64,000 nucleotides of DNA from Pyrinomonadaceae bacterium. GTDB taxonomy: Bacteria; Acidobacteriota; Blastocatellia; Pyrinomonadales; Pyrinomonadaceae. A program made the translations under genes and the position numbers. Each line of letters starts with the position of its first letter. Within the stretch, counting starts at the first letter, position 1. Of this stretch, positions 44,240-53,837 are shown one piece after another. The notes under the pieces are model-generated. The model did not search any database. It was not told where the DNA came from and saw only the letters and a program-made list of their open reading frames with translations. The stretch is from positions 294-64,293 of the forward strand of contig DASVUF010000006.1 in assembly GCA_036387195.1 (NCBI GenBank), written 5' to 3'.

Positions 44240-44470
44240 GTGAGCGTAAAGGCGCGCGCGCTGACAGCCGCCCGGCGCGACCGAGCCGGGCGGGGCGCGG
44301 CGGCGAAGCGGAAGAGGTACTGCCGGCGGTGCAAGACCCGCGTCAGCAGGTCCGCGAGCAGGTGCGGATACTGCGGCGGGCGCCTGCTCAACCCGTCGCG
44401 CCTCGCTCTCGTCACGACTACGGCTATAATCCTGCTGCTGCTCCTCGGTCGCTTTGCGGGACTGTTCTGA
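44240..44470 (+). CDS. Small zinc-ribbon membrane protein (hypothetical)
   Basis: 'YCRRCKTRV...RCGYCGG' followed by one hydrophobic helix 'LALVTTTAIILLLLLGRFAGLF'. High GC3. GTG start. No family recognised. Confidence 0.4.
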   Translation: MSVKARALTAARRDRAGRGAAAKRKRYCRRCKTRVSRSASRCGYCGGRLLNPSRLALVTTTAIILLLLLGRFAGLF

Positions 44471-44561
44471 GGAGGAAGCGCTACGGTGACTTCAGACATG
44501 AATCGCAGCGCCATCTCGAAAAGGGTCATTCGGGCGTGTCGCCGCGGGACGTGGGGGGCGT

Positions 44562-45749
44562 ATGGCTACCGAGTTGGAGCTTGACCTCGACGCGGCGCCG
44601 GCGCGCGTCGCGGCGGACGCGGGGGCACGGCCGCGCATCCCCGTGGCCGCGCCGGTGTTCGCCGGCAGGGAGAAGGAGTACGTCGCCGACTGCATGGAGT
44701 CCGGCTGGGTCTCCTCGGGCGGGAAGTACGTCGAGCTGTTCGAGGCGGCCTTCGCCGAGTTCTGCGGGGTGCGCCACGCCATAGCCTGCTGCAACGGGAC
44801 GGCCGCGCTCCACGCCGCGCTCTCCGCCCTCGGCGTCGGCCCCGGCGACGAGGTCATCGTCCCCACGCTGACCTTCGTGGCGACCGCCAACGCCGTCACC
44901 TACTGCGGCGCGCGCCCCGTCTTCGTGGACTCGGAGCCGGCGACCTGGAACCTCGACCCGGAGCAGGTGGAGGCGAAAATTACCCCGCGCACGAAGGGCG
45001 TCGTCGCCGTGCACCTCTACGGCCACCCCGCCGAGATGGACGTGTTGCGCCGCGTCGCCCGGCGCCACGGGCTGTTCCTCCTCGAAGACGCGGCCGAGGC
45101 GCACGGCGCGCTCTACAAGGGGCGGCCGGCCGGCTCGCTCGGCGACGCGGCCTGCTTCAGCTTCTACGGCAACAAGATCATCGCCACCGGCGAGGGCGGG
45201 ATGGTCACGACCGACGACGACGCGCTCGCCGCGCGCGTCCGCCTGCTGCGCGGGCAGGGCGTTGACCCGGAGCGGCGCTACTGGTTCCCCGTCGTCGGCT
45301 ACAACTACCGGATGATGAACCTCCCCGCCGCCATCGGCCTCGCGCAACTGGAGCGGGCCGACTGGCACACGGGCCGCCGCCGCGAGGTGGCCGCCGGCTA
45401 CCTGAGTCTCCTGCGCGGCGTCCCCCGCCTCCGCTGGCAGGAGGAGAGCGAGTGGGCGCGACACGCGTACTGGATGTTCACCGTCGTCCTCGGCTGCGGG
45501 TCGCCCGTCGGCCGCGACGCTTTGATGGAGCGGCTCGCCGGGCGCGGCGTCGAGACGCGGCCCGTCTTCTACCCCGTGCACCTTCTGCCGCCGTACCGCG
45601 AGGCCGCGCGCGGCGAGGAGTTCCCCGTCGCCGAGTGGCTGGCGCGCCGCGGCCTCAGCCTCCCGACGTGGGCCGGGCTGAGCCATGCCGAGCTGAATTA
45701 CGTCTGCGAAAGTCTGCGCGAGAGTCTGTCCGACGCCGGCGAGGCGTGA
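44562..45749 (+). CDS. DegT/DnrJ/EryC1/StrS-family sugar aminotransferase
   Basis: 'AIACCNGTAALHAAL', 'VIVPTLTFVATANAV', 'FSFYGNKIIATGEGGMVTTDD' (PLP Lys), 'YNYRMMNLPAAIGLAQL'. Confidence 0.9.
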   Translation: MATELELDLDAAPARVAADAGARPRIPVAAPVFAGREKEYVADCMESGWVSSGGKYVELFEAAFAEFCGVRHAIACCNGTAALHAALSALGVGPGDEVIVPTLTFVATANAVTYCGARPVFVDSEPATWNLDPEQVEAKITPRTKGVVAVHLYGHPAEMDVLRRVARRHGLFLLEDAAEAHGALYKGRPAGSLGDAACFSFYGNKIIATGEGGMVTTDDDALAARVRLLRGQGVDPERRYWFPVVGYNYRMMNLPAAIGLAQLERADWHTGRRREVAAGYLSLLRGVPRLRWQEESEWARHAYWMFTVVLGCGSPVGRDALMERLAGRGVETRPVFYPVHLLPPYREAARGEEFPVAEWLARRGLSLPTWAGLSHAELNYVCESLRESLSDAGEA

Positions 45750-45816
45750 CGGACTTTCGCGCGCGTGTTCGTTCGAGGGTCGCTCTCTATCTCGCCCGGC
45801 CGGGAAAGGGCAGGCG

Positions 45817-46599
45817 GTGAAACAGAAACCATTTTCCATCATCATCCCGACCTTTAACTGCGGGCGTAAGCTCGCAAAGACGCTGGAGTCCGTGCTGTCG
45901 CAGCCGAGGGAGCTGTACGAAATCATCGTCGTGGACGGCGGCTCCGGCGGCGAGACTATGAGCGTCATCGAGGAGCACAGCGGGGCGCTGAGGTTCGTCT
46001 CGGAGCCCGACCGGGGCGTGTACGACGCGCTCAACAAGGGCGCCGCGATGTCGTCGGGCAGGCACCTGCTTTTCTTAGGCGCGGGCGACCTCCTTAAAGA
46101 AGGCGTGCTGGAGCGGGTCGCGGAGATTCTGCCCGAGGACGAGCCGTCCTTCGCCTACGGCGACGCCTACCTCGTCCGCCACGACGTGCGCCAGGGCGGC
46201 ACGTTCAGCAGGAAGGACTTCATCGGGCGGAACCTCTGCCAGCAGGCCATCTTTTACGAGCGGAAGATTTTCGACCTGCTCGGCGGCTTCGACCTCAAGT
46301 ACAAGGTCTACGCCGACTGGGCCTTCAACATGAAGTGCTTCGCCGACCCGCGCGTCCGCAAGCTCTACCTCGGCCTGCTCGTCGCGGACTTCGAGGGCTG
46401 GGGCATCAGCGACTTGCAGGAAGACCGCGCCTTCCAGAGGGACTTGCCCGGCCTGGTCAGGAGGCACGTGGGGTTCGACGAGTACCTGCGCTACAGAATT
46501 TATCTCGCCAGAGTCTCCTTCTACCTCTTCCGGCACAAGTTCGCCGGCTCGTTGAAGACGGCGCTGCCCGCCTCCCTCAGCAGGAGGCACAAGTCTTAA
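45817..46599 (+). CDS. Family-2 glycosyltransferase
   Basis: 'FSIIIPTFNCGRKLAKTLESVLSQ', 'EIIVVDGGSGGET', 'LFLGAGD'. Confidence 0.88.
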   Translation: MKQKPFSIIIPTFNCGRKLAKTLESVLSQPRELYEIIVVDGGSGGETMSVIEEHSGALRFVSEPDRGVYDALNKGAAMSSGRHLLFLGAGDLLKEGVLERVAEILPEDEPSFAYGDAYLVRHDVRQGGTFSRKDFIGRNLCQQAIFYERKIFDLLGGFDLKYKVYADWAFNMKCFADPRVRKLYLGLLVADFEGWGISDLQEDRAFQRDLPGLVRRHVGFDEYLRYRIYLARVSFYLFRHKFAGSLKTALPASLSRRHKS

Positions 46600-46618
46600 C
46601 CGGACGCGTTCGGAACTG

Positions 46619-49018
46619 ATGAAGAGAGCCACGCACATGTGTAAGTTGTCGGCGGTCGTCCTTTGTCTTCTCGTCGCGCCGCAGTCCGTCGGGGCGCAGG
46701 CGGCGGGGGCGCGCGTGCTCTCGGGCGTCGTCCTCACGGCCAGGGGCGAAGCGGCGCCCGGCGTCGCCATCGTGGTCACCTCGTCGGCCGGCGAATTGCA
46801 GACGGCGAGCGACGCCGAGGGCGGCTTCCGGCTCGCCGTCCCCGGGGGGGCGCTCACGCTGAGGCTCTCGGGGGAGAACGTCGCCGCCGTCACGAAGGAG
46901 ATTGCGGCGGGCGGGGCGACGGAGAACCTCCGGCTCGTCATCGAGTACGTCGTCCCGCCCGTCCACGAGAGCGTCGTCATCGTGGACTCGTCGCTCGACC
47001 CCGGCGTCGAGCGGCGCAACGAAGAGGTCTACAGGGGGGCGCTCTTCTCGCGCGACGACCAGCTCTTCGACACGCTCGCCGCGGGCATCAACGCCGGGCA
47101 GCACGAGGGCGGCGGCAAGTCGCTCGAAGTCCGGCGCTTCGGCTTCAACATGGACCACGGCGGGCTCTTCGGCGGGTTCAAGGTGCTGGTTGACGACGTG
47201 CAGCAGAACTTCGGCACGCAGGGGCACGGCCAGGGCTACCTCGGCCAGCTCAAGAGCCTGACGCCCGAGCTGGTCGAGGGGGTGGACGTCCTCAACGGCC
47301 CGTTCAGCGCGCAGTACGGCGACTTCTCCGGCCTCGGTGTCGCCCACGTGCGCACGCGCGAGTCCCTGCCCGACGTGCTGACCGCGCGCGTGCAGGGCGG
47401 CTCGTTCGACACCTTCCGCGGCTTCTTCGCCTACAGCCCCGCGCTGAAGGACGGCGCCGGCTTCATCGCCTACGAGGCGTCGCGCACGAACGGGCCGTTC
47501 GTCAGCCCGCTGCGCTACAGGCGCGACAACCTGACGGGCAACTACACGCGCGACCTGAGCGACAAGTCCGCGCTCGGCTTCAAGCTCAACGTCGGGCGTA
47601 ACGACTTCTTCTCTTCGGGCCAGATTCCGCTCGACGAGGCGGCCTCGGGGCGGCTCGACCGCTTCGGCTTCATCGACCCGGACGGCGGCGGGCGCGTCCG
47701 CGGGGGGACGGCCGCCGTCTACTACCGACGCGAGTTCGGCGGCGGCGGGCTCCTCAAAGTTGACGGCTTCCTGACGCGCTCGCTCTTCGACCTGTGGTCG
47801 AACTTCACCTTCTATCTGAACGACCCGGAGTTCGGCGACGAAATCCAGCAGCACGACTCGCGCCTGCAGGAGGGGACGAACGTGCAGTACGTGCGCCCCC
47901 ACACCCTCCACGGCGCGCGCGCCCTCCTGACCGTCGGCGGCAACCTGCAATCGTTCCAGACCAACGTCGGCCTTTACCCGTCCGCCGGGCGCGACCCGGG
48001 CCGCGCCGACCTTCTGCGCGGCGACCCTTCGGGCTGCCCGTTCGAAGATAACCCCGCGCGGCCGGGCCTGCCCGACCGCTTCAACAGCCCCTGCTTCCTC
48101 CTGACGAGCGCCCGCGCGCGCGTGACCAACCCGGGCGTGTACGCGCAGCAGGCCGTTGACCTCTTTGGGGGCCGCCTGCACCTTGAGGGCGGGCTGCGCT
48201 ACGACTACTTTCGCTTCAACGTCGAAGACCTGATTCGCCCCGCCTTCTCGGGCGCCCGGGGCGAGGGGCGCATACAGCCGAAGGCGTCACTGGCCTACAC
48301 GCCGTCGCGCTCGTTTCCAGCCACCGCCCACTTCAACTACGGCCGCGGCATCAGCAGCCAGGACGCGCGCGGCGTCGCCCGCCGCCCCGAGAGCCCGCGG
48401 GTCGCCACGACCGACTTCTACCAGCTCGGCACGTCACACAACTACGGGCGCTTCTCGGCGAGCGCCGACCTGTTCCTGATTGACAACTCGAACCAGCAGG
48501 TCTACATCCCCGACGACGGCTCAATCGAGTTCGCCGGCGCGAGCCGCGCCTACGGCTTCGAGCTGAAGAACTCGGTGCGCGTCACAAGCCGCCTCTCCTT
48601 CAACGGCGGGCTGACGCGGGTGATGAACGCCTTCTACCGCGGCACGCGCCCGCGCGAGTACGTGGACAGCGCGCCGCACACGGTCGCCAACGCCGGCTTC
48701 ACGCTCTCCGGCTGGCGCGGCTTCAGCGGGTCGCTCCGCTACAGGCACACGAGCGACTACCGGCTCGACCCGCTCGACGCGCGCATCCGCGCCGCGGGGC
48801 TCGACGTGGTTGACCTCGGCGTCACCAGGCGCCTCCGGCGCGATTTAGACTTCAACCTCGCCATCGACAATCTTTTTAACAAGCGGTACTTCGAGACGCA
48901 GAACTACTTCGAGTCGCGCGTGCGCCCGGGCGACGAACCGGCCGGGCGCATCCACGCGACGCCCGGCTACCCGTTCGGCCTGACCGTGGGCCTGACGTTC
49001 AGGTTCAGTGGCGGGTAA
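46619..49018 (+). CDS. TonB-dependent outer-membrane receptor with an N-terminal carboxypeptidase-regulatory-like domain
   Basis: Signal peptide. 'LSGVVLTARGEAAPGVAIVVTS...DAEGGFRLAVP'. Plug-like 'GGKSLEVRRFGFN', and alternating beta-strand pattern up to the C-terminal 'LTVGLTFRFSGG'. Confidence 0.75.
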   Translation: MKRATHMCKLSAVVLCLLVAPQSVGAQAAGARVLSGVVLTARGEAAPGVAIVVTSSAGELQTASDAEGGFRLAVPGGALTLRLSGENVAAVTKEIAAGGATENLRLVIEYVVPPVHESVVIVDSSLDPGVERRNEEVYRGALFSRDDQLFDTLAAGINAGQHEGGGKSLEVRRFGFNMDHGGLFGGFKVLVDDVQQNFGTQGHGQGYLGQLKSLTPELVEGVDVLNGPFSAQYGDFSGLGVAHVRTRESLPDVLTARVQGGSFDTFRGFFAYSPALKDGAGFIAYEASRTNGPFVSPLRYRRDNLTGNYTRDLSDKSALGFKLNVGRNDFFSSGQIPLDEAASGRLDRFGFIDPDGGGRVRGGTAAVYYRREFGGGGLLKVDGFLTRSLFDLWSNFTFYLNDPEFGDEIQQHDSRLQEGTNVQYVRPHTLHGARALLTVGGNLQSFQTNVGLYPSAGRDPGRADLLRGDPSGCPFEDNPARPGLPDRFNSPCFLLTSARARVTNPGVYAQQAVDLFGGRLHLEGGLRYDYFRFNVEDLIRPAFSGARGEGRIQPKASLAYTPSRSFPATAHFNYGRGISSQDARGVARRPESPRVATTDFYQLGTSHNYGRFSASADLFLIDNSNQQVYIPDDGSIEFAGASRAYGFELKNSVRVTSRLSFNGGLTRVMNAFYRGTRPREYVDSAPHTVANAGFTLSGWRGFSGSLRYRHTSDYRLDPLDARIRAAGLDVVDLGVTRRLRRDLDFNLAIDNLFNKRYFETQNYFESRVRPGDEPAGRIHATPGYPFGLTVGLTFRFSGG

Positions 49019-49029
49019 ATTCAGAGCCC

Positions 49030-51018
49030 ATGTGCGGGATTAGCGGCATCATCAGCAGGGACGGCGTCACGCCCGAAGACCTGGCGCGCGTCGGGGCGAT
49101 GAGCCGCGCGCTCGTCCACCGCGGCCCCGACGACTCCGGCGGGTACAGCGCGCCGCACGTCGCGCTCGCGTCGCGCCGCCTCTCCATCGTTGACATCGAA
49201 GGGGGCGGCCAGCCGCTCTACAACGAAGACCGCTCGCTCGCGCTCGTCGCCAACGGCGAAATCTACAACCACGCGGAGCTGCGCCGCCTGCTCGAAGGGC
49301 GCGGCCACCGCTTCAAGACCGGCAGCGACTGCGAAACGATTCTCCACGCCTACGCGGAGTACGGCGCGGCCTGCGTCGAGCGCCTGCGCGGCATGTTCGC
49401 CTTCGCGCTCTGGGACGGCGCCCGGCGGCGGGTCGTGCTGGCGCGCGACCCGATGGGCGAGAAGCCGCTCTACCTGTACGAGCGCGAGGGCAGGCTGCTG
49501 TTCGCCTCGGAGATGAAGGCGCTCCTGCGCTCGGGCGAAGTCCCGTTCGAGCTTGACCCGGATGCGGTTGACCTCTTCTTCCATTACCAGTACGTGCCCG
49601 AGCCGATGACGGCCGTCAGGGGCGTGCGCAAGCTGGACGCGGCGCGCCTGCTCGTGGTTGACGTCGAGCCCTGGCGCGTCGAGGAGCGGTGTTACTGGCG
49701 GATGGAGGACGCGCCGCCGATAGACGGCGACGCGCCCACCCTCATACGCGAGCAACTGGAGGCGGTCGGCGAATTGATGACCCGCGCGGACACGCCCGCC
49801 GGCGTCGCGCTGAGCGGCGGGCTGGATTCGAGCGCCGTCGCCGCCGTCGCGGCGCGTCACCGCCCCGGCGAGCTGCACGCCTTCAGCGTCGGCTACCCGG
49901 GGCGGCCCGAGGGGCTGGACGAGCGCCACGAGGCCCAAGCCCTCGCGCACCACCTCGGCCTCCCGTTCCACGAGGTCGAGGTCGGGGCCGAAGAGGTGGT
50001 CGAGTTCTTCCCGGAGTTGAACTACTGGCGGGACGACCCCATCGCGGACTACTCGGGGCACGCCTACTACGCCGTCATGCGGAAGGCGCGCGAGTGGGGC
50101 GTGCCCGTCATGCTGCAAGGGCAGGGCGGGGACGAGTTGTTCTGGGGCTACCCGCAACTGCGCCGGGCCGCGGCCGAATCTTCAGAGAAGGAGACGCTGC
50201 GCGGCGGCGGCCTGACCGCCCCGCTCCGCTACCTCGCGCCCGCCGCGCCGGCGTCGCTGTCCCGGGCGGGATTGTCGGCGTGGGCGCGCGACCTCGGCGG
50301 CGCGCGTTCCGGCTGGCGGCGTATGCGCGAGCACCGCGCGTCGCCCGCCGGGCGGCTGGTCTTCTACGACCTCTCGCCCGACTACCGCGCGGCGGCCGAA
50401 GGCGTCGGCGTTTTGTACGGCGAGCAATTCGCCGAACAACTCGGCCCGGACGGCGCGGCCTCTCGGTTCACCCTCCCTCTGCCGTGGCCCAGAACTGACG
50501 TCACGCTGACTCGTCTCATCAGCGACACGTACCTGCGCGCGAACGGCGTCGCGCAGGGCGACCGCCTCGCCATGGCCTCCTCGGTAGAGCTACGACTGCC
50601 GCTCCTCGACCGCCGTCTGGTGGAGACGGTCGTCGGCCTGCGCAAGGTCCGGACGGACGTGCGGCTCCCGCCCAAGGCATGGCTGAGGGGCGCGGCCGAG
50701 GGGCTGCTCCCCGAGTGGGTTCTGAGACGCCCCAAGCGTGGTTTCGCGCCGCCCGTGGGCGAGTGGCACCGGGCGTTGTTCGCCGCGTACGGCGACTCGC
50801 TGCGCGGCGGACATCTAGTTGAGTCCGGCGTCCTCAACCCCGAGGCCGCCGACCTGCTCGCGCGCGGCCCGTTTCCCGAAGGTCTGACAAGCCCGCTCTC
50901 GTTCAAGGCGCTCGTGCTTGAACAGTGGGGCCGCCGGATGAGCGCGGAGGCGTGCGTCCCCGGGGCCGCGGCCGCCTCGCATGAATCGGCGCGAGGGTAT
51001 TCGGAGAACGTAAGTTGA
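49030..51018 (+). CDS. Asparagine synthase (glutamine-hydrolysing) family amidotransferase
   Basis: N-terminal nucleophile 'MCGISGI', 'RGPDDSG', PP-loop 'VALSGGLDSSAVAA'. Confidence 0.9.
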   Translation: MCGISGIISRDGVTPEDLARVGAMSRALVHRGPDDSGGYSAPHVALASRRLSIVDIEGGGQPLYNEDRSLALVANGEIYNHAELRRLLEGRGHRFKTGSDCETILHAYAEYGAACVERLRGMFAFALWDGARRRVVLARDPMGEKPLYLYEREGRLLFASEMKALLRSGEVPFELDPDAVDLFFHYQYVPEPMTAVRGVRKLDAARLLVVDVEPWRVEERCYWRMEDAPPIDGDAPTLIREQLEAVGELMTRADTPAGVALSGGLDSSAVAAVAARHRPGELHAFSVGYPGRPEGLDERHEAQALAHHLGLPFHEVEVGAEEVVEFFPELNYWRDDPIADYSGHAYYAVMRKAREWGVPVMLQGQGGDELFWGYPQLRRAAAESSEKETLRGGGLTAPLRYLAPAAPASLSRAGLSAWARDLGGARSGWRRMREHRASPAGRLVFYDLSPDYRAAAEGVGVLYGEQFAEQLGPDGAASRFTLPLPWPRTDVTLTRLISDTYLRANGVAQGDRLAMASSVELRLPLLDRRLVETVVGLRKVRTDVRLPPKAWLRGAAEGLLPEWVLRRPKRGFAPPVGEWHRALFAAYGDSLRGGHLVESGVLNPEAADLLARGPFPEGLTSPLSFKALVLEQWGRRMSAEACVPGAAAASHESARGYSENVS

Positions 51019-52355
51019 AAGAGAGGCTCAGAGTCGCCATCAACGCGCAGCTCAAGCCGGACGGCGGCTCGGGCGGCGTCGTGACCGTGCTGCGCGCTCT
51101 GGCCGCGCTCGCCGGCCTCGACGGCCCGGAGGAATACGTCTTCGTCGGCCCGCACGACTCACAGGAGTGGCTGCGCTCGATACTCCCGCCGGGGCAGGCC
51201 GTCGTGCCCGGGCCCGCGCCGGTCGAATGGGGCGTTGACCGGATGGAGCCTTTCAAGCGGGCGCTGGGGCCTCTGCGCCCCGCGGCGCGCGGCCTCAGGC
51301 GTATTCTCGGCGCGACCGTGCAGACCGCGGAGTCCGGGGCGGCAGGGCTTGCCTCTTTAAAATCTTTCTCGCCCCCGACCCCGAAGAATTTTTACGAAGG
51401 GCTGGGCTGCGGCGTGGTTCATTTCCCGTTTCAGTCCTACGAGCCCTGCCGCCTGCCGACCGTCTACAACCCGCACGACTTGCAGCACCTTCATTACCCC
51501 GAGTTTTTCACCCCGGCGGAAATCAGGCTGCGCGAAAACCTGCATCCGGCCGCCTGCCGCGCGGCGCACACGGTGGTCGCCGCCTCCGGGTTCGTCAAGC
51601 GCGACGTGGTCGAGCGTTACCGCATTGATGCGCGGAAAGTTCAGGTCATCCCGTGGGCCCCGCCGCCCCTGCCGGAGCGTTCAACCGCGGAGGACTTCTC
51701 GGCGCTCAGGAGAAGGCACGGGTTGAGTGACGAGCCGTTCGCACTCTACCCGGCGATGACCTGGGAGCACAAAAATCACGTCCGGCTGCTGGAGGCGCTG
51801 GCCCGCCTGCGCGACCGCGACCGGCTCGAAATCCGCTTCGTCTTCACGGGTCATCAGACCGACTTCTGGCCGCGCGTCGAGCGCCGGATGAACGAGCTGG
51901 GGCTCGGCGGGCAGGCGAAGTTCCTGGGCCTCGTCCCGCGCGAGGAGTTGAGCGCGCTGTACCGCGCGGCGCAGTTCGTCTTCGTCCCGACGCTGTTCGA
52001 GGCGGCGAGCGCGCCGCTGTTCGAGGCGTGGCAGCACGGCGCGCCCGTGGCCTGCTCGTCGGTCACGTCGCTGCCCGAACAGGCGGCGGGCGCGGCGCTG
52101 CTCTTCGACCCGTTCGACGTGGAGGCGGTCGCCCGCGCGCTCGCGCGCATGGCGACCGAAGAAGATTTGCGTGAAGACCTGCGGCGCAGGGGCGCGCGCC
52201 GCCTCGACGACTTCAGCCTCGAACGGACGGCGAAGGCTTACCGCGCCGTCTACCGGCGCGCCGCGGGGCTCATGCTCTGCGATGAAGACCGCCAACTCCT
52301 CGGCTGGGACTGGATGCGCGGCGGCGCGCCGGGCGAACGACCGGACATCGAATAA
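51015..52355 (+). CDS. Family-4 (GT-B) glycosyltransferase
   Basis: 'FVFVPTLFEAASAPLFEAWQHGAPVACSSVTSLPE' (E-x7-E region), 'WEHKNHVRLLEA'. TTG start overlapping the AsnB stop. Confidence 0.85.
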   Translation: MKERLRVAINAQLKPDGGSGGVVTVLRALAALAGLDGPEEYVFVGPHDSQEWLRSILPPGQAVVPGPAPVEWGVDRMEPFKRALGPLRPAARGLRRILGATVQTAESGAAGLASLKSFSPPTPKNFYEGLGCGVVHFPFQSYEPCRLPTVYNPHDLQHLHYPEFFTPAEIRLRENLHPAACRAAHTVVAASGFVKRDVVERYRIDARKVQVIPWAPPPLPERSTAEDFSALRRRHGLSDEPFALYPAMTWEHKNHVRLLEALARLRDRDRLEIRFVFTGHQTDFWPRVERRMNELGLGGQAKFLGLVPREELSALYRAAQFVFVPTLFEAASAPLFEAWQHGAPVACSSVTSLPEQAAGAALLFDPFDVEAVARALARMATEEDLREDLRRRGARRLDDFSLERTAKAYRAVYRRAAGLMLCDEDRQLLGWDWMRGGAPGERPDIE

Positions 52356-52379
52356 ACACAAGGGGACTCAAAGAAGCTT

Positions 52380-52907
52380 ATGGACAGGAACGGGCTGATT
52401 AAACTGCTTATCATTTCCGCGACGCTCAACTTTTCCGCGTGCGGCGGGGCCGCGGAGAAGGCGGGCGGCGAAAGTAAAGCGGCCGCCACACCGCCGGCCG
52501 TCAACGCGGCCGCCCCGCCGCCTAAGACCGACGGCGTAGCGAACGCCGCCGCGACGCCCGCCGCCGCGACCACAGTCCCGGCGTCAACAGGCGAACCCGC
52601 CGCGCGGCAGGGCGCGCCCAACGCGTCCGAATCAAGCGGGGCGGGCGGCGCCGCGCCGGCGAAGATGCCGACGCCCCAGATCGGCTCGGGCGGCAACGAC
52701 TTCTTCCTTTTCACCCAGGCGCGCGCCGCCATCAACAACGACCCGGACTTGAGGGCCGCGAACGTCGTCATAGACGTCAAGGGAGGCGTCGTGACTCTCA
52801 GCGGCGCGGTCGCGAACGCGGCCCTCAAGTCGAAGGCCGAACAACTCGCGCGAGGCGCCGGGTCGAAGGAGGTCAGGAATCAACTCCGAGTCTCCGCCGG
52901 ACGCTGA
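52380..52907 (+). CDS. BON-domain lipoprotein
   Basis: Lipobox-like 'LNFSAC', an Ala/Pro-rich linker, then 'LRAANVVIDVKGGVVTLSGAVANAALKSKAEQLARGAGSKEVRNQLRV'. Confidence 0.7.
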   Translation: MDRNGLIKLLIISATLNFSACGGAAEKAGGESKAAATPPAVNAAAPPPKTDGVANAAATPAAATTVPASTGEPAARQGAPNASESSGAGGAAPAKMPTPQIGSGGNDFFLFTQARAAINNDPDLRAANVVIDVKGGVVTLSGAVANAALKSKAEQLARGAGSKEVRNQLRVSAGR

Positions 52908-52988
52908 GCGTCGCGGCCCCCGGCAAGTCTCCGCCGGGCATTGTTCGTGAACGGCCTGAACGGAACAGCACAGCCACAAGGGGGAAGC

Positions 52989-53585
52989 ATGAGGAAAATA
53001 CGAACGCGCTTATTCAACTTTTTCGCCGCCGCCGTGACTCTCGCCGCGCTGCCGCACGCGGCCGCGGCGCAGGAAAAGGGGAAGGAGACGAAGCCGACGG
53101 CCGGCGCCGTTGACGCCTGGCGGCAGGCGCTCCCGCCGGAGGCCGAGGTCACGGGGGCGACGGAAGCGGGGGCCGCCGACACGCGGCGGCCGGATTCCCG
53201 CGAGGCGGCCGAGAAAGCTCTGCTCGCGCTGGAGCGCAGGTGGATGGGGGCGCTGCAACAGCGCGACGCGAGCGCCCTGAGTCAACTCGTCTCCGCAGAC
53301 TTCACGCTCGTCAGCCCGCGGCTCGTCCTCGCCGCCGGCGACCGCGACAAGTACTTCCAGCACGCCATGCGCGACCTGACTCTCACCTCCTACGACTTCG
53401 AGGGGTTGACGGTGCGGCTCTACGGCAGGACGGCGGTCGTCAGCGGCCGCCTCAGACAGAGCGCCAGCGCCGCCGGTGAGGACTGGGGCGGCAGCTACCT
53501 CTTCACGGACGTCTGGGTCAGCCGCGACGGCGCCTGGCAAGTCGTCAGCAGACACACGAGCGTGCTGCCCCCCGAGAAGAGGTAG
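52989..53585 (+). CDS. Secreted DUF4440 / SnoaL-like (NTF2-fold) protein
   Basis: Signal peptide 'MRKIRTRLFNFFAAAVTLAALPHAAAAQ'. 'LLALERRWMGALQQRDASALSQLVSADFTLVSP', 'YLFTDVWVSRDGAWQVVSRH'. GGGGGAAG RBS precedes ATG 52989. Confidence 0.6.
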   Translation: MRKIRTRLFNFFAAAVTLAALPHAAAAQEKGKETKPTAGAVDAWRQALPPEAEVTGATEAGAADTRRPDSREAAEKALLALERRWMGALQQRDASALSQLVSADFTLVSPRLVLAAGDRDKYFQHAMRDLTLTSYDFEGLTVRLYGRTAVVSGRLRQSASAAGEDWGGSYLFTDVWVSRDGAWQVVSRHTSVLPPEKR

Positions 53586-53837
53586 ACAGCCGGCGCAATG
53601 AAGCGGGCGGCGACCTCGACTAACGCCCCGACCCATCGCGTTTGACTCAGCCGTCGCCACGCGTCGCGCGGCGCGGCGACGGCAGGCCGACCACGCACGC
53701 CGGCGTGCTCGCCGAGCGGCGCCGCGAGCCGGCCGGGCCGGGTCGGGCGGTGAATCTTCAGACCCGCCAGAAGTAGTTGGGGCGACCTGTAGTCTTAACG
53801 AACCGGGGGCGATAATGGCTCCGACAAGAGGGAAGCG

